Positions 57,763-64,000 of a DNA stretch of 64,000 nucleotides are shown one piece after another. The stretch lies in IMG/VR virus record IMGVR_UViG_3300005056_000001, positions 124,001 to 188,000 of that record. One strand, written 5' to 3'. How positions within the stretch are numbered: position 1 is the first letter of the stretch; each line of letters opens with the position of its first letter. The translations under genes and the position numbers were made by a program. A model generated the notes under the pieces. The model made no database searches and had not been told where the DNA came from. It saw only the letters and a program-made list of their open reading frames with translations.

Positions 57763-58187
57763 TGGAACAAACACTAGAAGAAATCGCAAGATCCGCAGTT
57801 GTCGAGGTAAAGGAGTACTTTCCTGTTACATTCACACGACTCAAAAGTTACGATTCACACATAAGACACATCACAAGCCTAGAAAGTGAAACGCTCGATG
57901 CTGACAGATTGAAATGTCTTAGATTAATCAGCAACATCTTGACCACACAACCATATCTTAGTTTCTTTATACAAGACCCTGAGTCTGAAATACCTGTTTT
58001 GTTTTCGGGTTGGGAGGTGGCTTTTGTGAATAAAGAAACTACCTACATAGCCAATGGCAATAATATACTGTCATTTGTTAATCTGAACACACTTTGTGTC
58101 TGTATGTCTATTGACGCATTTAGTAAAACCCATGTACATTCGCTTTTTGATATAACCCGAAAGTTTGAGCTTGAGATTTTGGGTTAA
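57762..58187 (+). CDS. hypothetical protein
   Basis: coupled ORF. Confidence 0.6.
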   Translation: MEQTLEEIARSAVVEVKEYFPVTFTRLKSYDSHIRHITSLESETLDADRLKCLRLISNILTTQPYLSFFIQDPESEIPVLFSGWEVAFVNKETTYIANGNNILSFVNLNTLCVCMSIDAFSKTHVHSLFDITRKFELEILG

Positions 58188-58230
58188 AAGGCGTTATTGT
58201 GGTAGAATTTTATAAAAAATAAACAACAAC

Positions 58231-58644
58231 ATGAAATTAAAGATTAAGATTCCGATCAAATTTGGCAACATCGCAATAACCAAAAACAGTATAAGCGGTG
58301 ACACCAATGACAGTTCTAATTGGGACTCGTTTTCGTTTCCTTTGCCTGAAGGGGATTGGTACATTGAAAGTAGTGATATGGGACACATTGTGTTGGTTAA
58401 CAAGACTCCTGTGTATGAATATATTGACATCAGAGTCAGAGCCGCACTAGACAGTGACGGTTCTGTGTTTAGACCCGAGAACCCAAGATTCATAGGAGAG
58501 CTTTGGTGGAAGGGTGGTTTGGTTCATACAACAGTCGATTCAGACACGAAAGACGAGGCCTACAAAAAAGTCTTGACACACATTAACTACGAGAATGAAC
58601 ATCTAGAATCAGGGATGTATTTACAGGATCCGAGCAACCAATAG
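58231..58644 (+). CDS. hypothetical protein
   Basis: ORF. Confidence 0.6.
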   Translation: MKLKIKIPIKFGNIAITKNSISGDTNDSSNWDSFSFPLPEGDWYIESSDMGHIVLVNKTPVYEYIDIRVRAALDSDGSVFRPENPRFIGELWWKGGLVHTTVDSDTKDEAYKKVLTHINYENEHLESGMYLQDPSNQ

Positions 58645-58718
58645 GAAGAGTCGGATTGTCCAAAAACATTTTTTGATTTTTCACTGAGTTTTGTTAATAC
58701 GTTTAAGCCAAAAAATAT

Positions 58719-58997
58719 ATGAATGCAAATTTTCACATAGAAGAGTATTGTAGTTCGACACCAACCTACGCTGTTCTAACAAACGAAGACTTGAAAAATT
58801 ATTACACCACAGACTTTTATAGCCCCGAGTCCGAAAAAGGTTATAACGATGAGGACTACTATAATACCAACAAGATCATAGACATTTATAGTCCTGAATC
58901 CGAGGTCGAAAAGGGTTATAACGAGTAGGATTCCCACAATGGCGACAAAATCATAGAAAGCTTTGCGGACTATGGAAGAAGAATGAATACAAATTAA
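58719..58997 (+). pseudogene. chimeric duplicate of fragments of 59006 and 59391, with an internal TAG
   Basis: MNxNFHIEEY start plus two YSPES..EKGYN copies. Confidence 0.65.
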
Positions 58998-59005
58998 CTA
59001 CGAGC

Positions 59006-59380
59006 ATGAATACAAATTTTCACATAGAAGAATATAACAATCCGAACCCAACCTACATTGTTCTAACCATGAGCTATGTAAGTTTTAGCGACTACTTGCC
59101 CGAGATTGCCAAGGTTTTAAATCTTAAAACCTTCAAGGGCACCGTTTTGTTTGATTTACTTTTGAATAATGGCAGACATCATAGATTTTATGATGTCGAG
59201 TTTTCCGATAAGACGTTTCAACTGTCCACATTTAAAAATATTAAACCAAATCAAGACCTCCTGAAATTCTGTGCAAACTTTTATATCAAAAATTTATCGT
59301 TGATTGATGATAGCCTTTTCCCTGAATCCGAAAACACCCTGATAAAAAATCATATTAAAGAGTATTCACAAACAATATAA
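59006..59380 (+). CDS. rnlB: RnlB/LsoB-family antitoxin, orphan
   Basis: IVLTMSY.S...L.EI...L....FKGTVLFDLLLNNG...RF. Confidence 0.78.
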   Translation: MNTNFHIEEYNNPNPTYIVLTMSYVSFSDYLPEIAKVLNLKTFKGTVLFDLLLNNGRHHRFYDVEFSDKTFQLSTFKNIKPNQDLLKFCANFYIKNLSLIDDSLFPESENTLIKNHIKEYSQTI

Positions 59381-59390
59381 ACAATAAATA

Positions 59391-59786
59391 ATGAGTAAAA
59401 AACGTGTAATGTACGGCGGTGTAGCCGATTGGACTGTAGCAAACAAGGAGATGTATGAACACTTGAGCAAAACAGTCGTTTCTATAAATTTCTTTGAGAT
59501 CGGAGCAGGGTCAGAGCTAGATTGGATTGTTGCCGCAGACATGAAATCTGCTAGAGAATGGCTAAAAAGAGAAAGTGGGAACACCAAAAGTAGGACAAAG
59601 CAGTTGTCCAATGATGTTTTGGACGACTATTACATCACAGACATTTATAGTCCCGAATCCGAGGCAGAAAAAGGTTATAACGAGGAAGACTACTTCCGTG
59701 GCTACAAAATCATAGAAAGCTTTGCGGACTATGGAAGACGTCTTAAGAATAGTTGTCCACATTTGATTGCGTCAACAAAAGAGTAA
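59391..59786 (+). CDS. hypothetical protein
   Basis: ORF. Confidence 0.65.
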   Translation: MSKKRVMYGGVADWTVANKEMYEHLSKTVVSINFFEIGAGSELDWIVAADMKSAREWLKRESGNTKSRTKQLSNDVLDDYYITDIYSPESEAEKGYNEEDYFRGYKIIESFADYGRRLKNSCPHLIASTKE

Positions 59787-59917
59787 TTAGCGATCTGCTT
59801 GTTTCATGAAATATGTGTATACACTTATTTTGTTACACAAGCATTCAACGTTTTTGAGTGTGTAAAGTTCCTGATTTTGCCAATGTTTTATATATGTGTC
59901 TTTATATAGACCAACAA

Positions 59918-59952
59918 AAATGCCCAATAATTATAATAATTATTGGGCATTT
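59918..59952. terminator. hairpin between convergent genes
   Basis: AAATGCCCAATAATTAT..ATAATTATTGGGCATTT. Confidence 0.7.
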
Positions 59953-59954
59953 GC

Positions 59955-60944
59955 TTATACATCCTTTAGTTGCTCCTTAATACTATCGGCCAGAAATTTG
60001 GCTAAATTGACAGGAACAGCATTCCCAATCATTTTATATCCTGTGGCAACTTTTTTGTAATGAAAAATAAAATCATCAGGAAATGTTTGTATCCGTGCAC
60101 ATTCTCTTACGCTTAGGCGTCTGTATAAATGTTCTTGTGTGGGTTCGAATATGCGCTTGTCACGCTCAATAGATACCATTTTTGGAGCCTGTGGATGTAT
60201 GGGGGCATGTCTTCCTCCTGCCTGAATAGTAAAGGACTGTTCGTTCCAACTTCTGACCCTGTTTCTTGACATATACATTGACGAAAAACCTCCGATCATA
60301 TATTCATGGTTGGGTACTTTGCACTGTCCGTTGCTATAATTCTTTTCTAGCGCAGCAAGGCTATTGTGTTGTAAGTCCGATATTGTCTCCTGTAGTGTTA
60401 TTTTCGGGAATGTAATGTCAGGAAATTTGAAATCGAAACCCAAATCTTTTCGGATGCCAATAAATATCACACGTTTTCTGTCTTGGGGAACATTGTAGTC
60501 GGATGCATTAAGGAGTTTGAATGATAGGTTATAACCAACACCCGCATTTTTTAACATTTCCTTTATGTTATCCAAGGCAGATTCGTGTTTTTTGAGCAAC
60601 ATACCACTCACATTTTCTGCCAAGAAGAATTTGGGTTGTTTGTCATTAAGGATTCTAATAAAGTCAAAGAACAACTGTCCTCTTTTGTCGTCCATACCCT
60701 TAAGACTACCTGCTTCGCTCCAACTTTGGCAGGGCGGGCCACCGATGATACCATCACAATCAGGAACCGCATCCGAGGTTATTTTTGTGATACTTCGTTT
60801 GTCCAATATGGTTTCGGGATGATTCTTTTCATAGGTTTCCCAAATATCCTTGTCATATTCGTTGGCCCAAATAACATCAAAGCCTGCCTTTTGGAATCCT
60901 AAATCCAATCCGCCTGCACCCGCAAAAAAAGAAACTACTTTCAT
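59955..60944 (-). CDS. C5 cytosine DNA methyltransferase, M.HaeIII-like (probable GGCC specificity)
   Basis: FAGAGG, GGPPCQSWSEAG, ENV, QDRKR, TRD MSRNRVR.W.E..FTIQA.GR...HPQAP. Confidence 0.93.
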   Translation of the reverse strand: MKVVSFFAGAGGLDLGFQKAGFDVIWANEYDKDIWETYEKNHPETILDKRSITKITSDAVPDCDGIIGGPPCQSWSEAGSLKGMDDKRGQLFFDFIRILNDKQPKFFLAENVSGMLLKKHESALDNIKEMLKNAGVGYNLSFKLLNASDYNVPQDRKRVIFIGIRKDLGFDFKFPDITFPKITLQETISDLQHNSLAALEKNYSNGQCKVPNHEYMIGGFSSMYMSRNRVRSWNEQSFTIQAGGRHAPIHPQAPKMVSIERDKRIFEPTQEHLYRRLSVRECARIQTFPDDFIFHYKKVATGYKMIGNAVPVNLAKFLADSIKEQLKDV

Positions 60945-61037
60945 TTGTATATATTTCGTTTTGTAATAAACATTGTTAAATTACAAAAATAAACAATTTT
61001 GTTTATATAATGAAATTATTGTGTGTATTTTTTAGTC

Positions 61038-61532
61038 CTAATCAATACCCTTAAACGGCTTGAAGTGTTCTGTTATAATAAGAAACTTTGACCTGCTGTT
61101 GTTTGCATAGCTTATCATGGCCGTCCATTTCATTTTGTTTGTCTCAAAGTCACGGCTTCCTTTTATTGTCTGTGACAGTGGCTTTACCTCAACAAGCCAT
61201 CTTTCGTCGTTATCTGTGTTGACCACAAAATCAATATAATAATTTCCTTGTTTGTAGCCCTTTATTTCATTGCCTCTTTTATATCCAACCGCAAATGGTT
61301 CCGAATCCCACGACACGACCTTGGCACACCTTTCGCACCATATCATAAATTTACGCTCAAGGGATGATCTGTATATCGGGCGATATTGACCAATGTATTT
61401 GTTCTTCAGGGGGAGTTGAAAGTATCCATTGTCGTACACAAGTTTTTTGTTTGGCTTGTTATTCCTCATACGGGCACCACTTTCTTGGGTGATTTCCCCG
61501 ATTATTATTTTTTGGGCGTTCTTGTTTTTCAT
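61038..61532 (-). CDS. T4 gp4-like head completion nuclease (TnsA-like PD-(D/E)XK)
   Basis: KYIG....IYRSSLERKFM.WC...W.SE...YYIDF...LVEVKP. Confidence 0.85.
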   Translation of the reverse strand: MKNKNAQKIIIGEITQESGARMRNNKPNKKLVYDNGYFQLPLKNKYIGQYRPIYRSSLERKFMIWCERCAKVVSWDSEPFAVGYKRGNEIKGYKQGNYYIDFVVNTDNDERWLVEVKPLSQTIKGSRDFETNKMKWTAMISYANNSRSKFLIITEHFKPFKGID

Positions 61533-61648
61533 GTGTTATATATTTAATTATGTACATAACCCTAAACAAAGTTTGGATATAATAAATATTGTCCTATCTT
61601 TGCAATTGAACACAAGGCCTTTATGGCTATTTTTTCACAAAATTTAGT

Positions 61649-62521
61649 ATGATGAGACATTTTAATAATGTATTCTTTTATCTATTTTTAATAGTTCCTT
61701 GTTTGGCAATGAACAGAACCGAAACAACACGTTCACAGGAAGTAAACCATACTACCTACCTACCACAAGCGACAGTAAGCCCAAAAAAGATTTGGGTAAT
61801 CAACAAATCCTCTGCGAAATATGAACACGTATACTCTCCTGATAGTGTGCACATCCGAACAGACGTTAATGTCGAATTTATTGACAGCACAAACAAAATA
61901 CGAATAATTACCAATGACCTAGACACCACATTTCTTGATATGTCCACAAGGTATGCAACAAGCAGAACCGTGACATATCCCGACGATAATGCCGCAAAAT
62001 TTTCCATGATTTGTGCCGAATTGGGGGGTTCTATATTAATCGACTACGACAAGGCACACACAGAGGCACTAATCATTTCGGCAAGTATGGAAAATAGGCT
62101 ATATGTGGATAGCGTGCACACCAACAAAGGAAAGACAGAGGTGTTTTGCAAGTCCTACATGAAGAGTCGTTATGGGGATGGTTCGTTCCAATCATTATAC
62201 ACCCCAAAACAATACTGTGCAATGGTCTGCAAGTCCTACAAGCAATTTGGGTATGGGCATAGCGTCAGAACCCGACAGACATACAAAAAATTGATCGGGC
62301 TTTGTGCTGTTTGGAATTCGATGCAAAATCCTGTACAGAAATTGACAGACATGGGCATGGTCGAGGCAAACATGATACTGAGCTATTGTCATGGTGGATA
62401 TATTTCACTTCATAGAGGACGTACATTGGATTTTTCTATGTTAAACACCGACAATATGAAAATGATAATCACGTCTTCCTATTATGGAATGTGTCTAAAT
62501 ACAGTCTTGGCACATGCATAG
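61649..62521 (+). CDS. putative exported protein
   Basis: N-terminal signal-like segment; TATCTTTG box at 61595. Confidence 0.6.
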   Translation: MMRHFNNVFFYLFLIVPCLAMNRTETTRSQEVNHTTYLPQATVSPKKIWVINKSSAKYEHVYSPDSVHIRTDVNVEFIDSTNKIRIITNDLDTTFLDMSTRYATSRTVTYPDDNAAKFSMICAELGGSILIDYDKAHTEALIISASMENRLYVDSVHTNKGKTEVFCKSYMKSRYGDGSFQSLYTPKQYCAMVCKSYKQFGYGHSVRTRQTYKKLIGLCAVWNSMQNPVQKLTDMGMVEANMILSYCHGGYISLHRGRTLDFSMLNTDNMKMIITSSYYGMCLNTVLAHA

Positions 62522-62621
62522 GCAGAAATATAATTTTAAAAACCCCAAACAATTTTTTGTTTGGGGTTTTTTTTGTATGTTTGTATACCCTAGATGATTT
62601 GGGGAACTTAAATCAATAAAA

Positions 62622-62900
62622 ATGAAAAAGGATTTTTATCTTATTAGAGAAGAATCACGACCATTCCAAGAATGTGGATATGACCTTATGGATGTCGTCT
62701 CGGCAACAAGCTACGAAGAGGTTGTGAAGAATTATATTGAGGAAGAATTTATATTTGGAGGCAAAATCGAGGTTTTAGAAAACACCAAGGAGGATTTTAA
62801 ATTTAACGTCTTACGGGATCGGTATATCTTTGACACCTTCTGTCTTGTAACACAAGACGAATATACCGAGTGTTATCAAAGACTAATCGAAGAATCATAG
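62622..62900 (+). CDS. hypothetical protein
   Basis: TATGTTTG box at 62576. Confidence 0.6.
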   Translation: MKKDFYLIREESRPFQECGYDLMDVVSATSYEEVVKNYIEEEFIFGGKIEVLENTKEDFKFNVLRDRYIFDTFCLVTQDEYTECYQRLIEES

Positions 62901-62902
62901 CC

Positions 62903-63847
62903 ATGGAACAAGAAAAGTTATTAAGACTTATCGAAACAGGACTTGATGTTAATATAGAATTGGCATTACAACTGTCCAAGGCGAACGGTATACCCATCGA
63001 CATGTCCGAATATAGGGAGGCACTGACTTGGTACCACGAACACGACATACATATAGGACACGACTTTCTTGATGTAGGCAACCTCTCTGTCAAAGACCTT
63101 TTAAGAAAAGTGCTATTGGTTAGAAGTATTAATATTCCATTAACCAACACAGACTCGTTGCCCAAGTGTATCCGAAGGTTCAAAAACCTTGTCACGTTGT
63201 CGGCATTCGGCAATGGCCTTGCGGAGTTACCCCAAGAAATTGGAGAGCTCGCAAACTTACAGGTATTATCCCTTGCCGACAACAAGCTGACATCATTGCC
63301 CGACACTATCGGAAGGTTAAGTGCTCTTAAATACCTAGACATAGACAACAATAATATTTCGGTACTACCTAGCACTATGAGAAATCTTGATGGTCTACTA
63401 GGAATCCGACTACTCGACAACGATTTTGAGCGGTTTCCTGACGTTCTCTGTGGGCTCAGAAACCTCCGTGAACTAAAAATGGGTCGCAATAAGATTGGGT
63501 CGATTCCAACAAAAATTGGGTTACTGACAAACCTCACAAGCCTTGACGTGTCTAATAATTGTATAAAAGAATTACCAAAGGAATTGTTTAACCTTGACAA
63601 ACTCAAGGTTTTGTCAGTATTTAACAATGAAATAAAAGAGCTCCCAAAAGAAATAGGAAGCCTTGAGTGTCTAGAAAAATTGTACCTGAGCAACAATCCA
63701 ATCGAATGTGTGCCAACAACGATAACCAATCTGACCAATCTTGACGAGTTTATTCTTCTTGGGTCAAACATGAACAAAGTAAGGCAGGCGCAAACAAGCG
63801 AATTACTATTGACGTTACCACATAAACCCGAATTCATAGTCTCCTAG
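62903..63847 (+). CDS. leucine-rich repeat protein
   Basis: about nine 23-aa repeats such as LPQEIGELANLQVLSLADNKL; N-cap LI....NIELALQL. Confidence 0.93.
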   Translation: MEQEKLLRLIETGLDVNIELALQLSKANGIPIDMSEYREALTWYHEHDIHIGHDFLDVGNLSVKDLLRKVLLVRSINIPLTNTDSLPKCIRRFKNLVTLSAFGNGLAELPQEIGELANLQVLSLADNKLTSLPDTIGRLSALKYLDIDNNNISVLPSTMRNLDGLLGIRLLDNDFERFPDVLCGLRNLRELKMGRNKIGSIPTKIGLLTNLTSLDVSNNCIKELPKELFNLDKLKVLSVFNNEIKELPKEIGSLECLEKLYLSNNPIECVPTTITNLTNLDEFILLGSNMNKVRQAQTSELLLTLPHKPEFIVS

Positions 63848-63854
63848 AAATATC

Positions 63855-64000
63855 ATGACAACAGAAACTAAAATACACATTACGATTACCGATCTATTTA
63901 CTTCTGCAATAGAAAGTAATATCATATCGGGCTATAAATTAATGGCAGCAAATGACACCGAAATCGACCTGTCTGATTATAGGGAAATTTATAATTGGCT
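63855..64000 (+). CDS. partial CDS, probable further LRR paralog (N-cap only)
   Basis: LF.S..ESNI..G..L..AN...IDLSDYRE..W matches the N-cap of 62903. Confidence 0.6.
   Translation, partial: MTTETKIHITITDLFTSAIESNIISGYKLMAANDTEIDLSDYREIYNW

Noticed and set aside
58926-58928. TAG or TAA stop-codon recoding
   Set aside because: Conserved genes are full-length in code 11 and several end normally in TAG, so the isolated internal stops look like lesions.
40744-60944. Complete restriction-modification systems
   Set aside because: No cognate endonuclease is recognisable beside either methyltransferase; the PD-(D/E)XK gene at 61038 is gp4-like.
62803-63837. 344-aa minus-strand ORF (also 19240..19689)
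   Set aside because: These are antisense shadows of LRR genes.

Overview
This 64-kb window looks like part of a large T4-like (jumbo) lytic phage genome. It is AT-rich and densely coding in the standard genetic code. The host is probably a Bacteroidota: leaders are A-rich without Shine-Dalgarno sites, and TAnnTTTG promoter boxes recur. Scattered T4-type core genes include a gp5-like baseplate hub, gp44 clamp loader, RNase H and gp4 head-completion nuclease. Other recognisable genes are dUTPase, a DinG-like helicase, a 3'-5' exonuclease, an RNA ligase, two C5 methyltransferases and a solo TnpB, among many small hypothetical genes. Main observations: (1) A minus-strand array of modular early cassettes at 48.0-53.3 kb is built from a repeated promoter and an 82-nt RNA-like element present in 4 copies. 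The element has three stems, a loop-loop pseudoknot, a GNRA loop and structure-preserving substitutions, ends 7 nt before each AUG, and matches no motif I recognise. (2) That array contains a stand-alone Csx15-family protein, a candidate type III anti-CRISPR. (3) Other orphan host-defence parts are present: an RnlB-like antitoxin, a catalytically degenerate AAA_15/21 ATPase, an HTH antitoxin-like protein and a minimal Fic. (4) There are four LRR paralogs. (5) A candidate late promoter, GTACATA, precedes virion genes, including putative head-packaged proteins such as an ART-PolyVal ADP-ribosyltransferase. (6) CCAG/CTGG/CCGG appear almost absent. All family calls come from motif recognition by eye; no searches were run.
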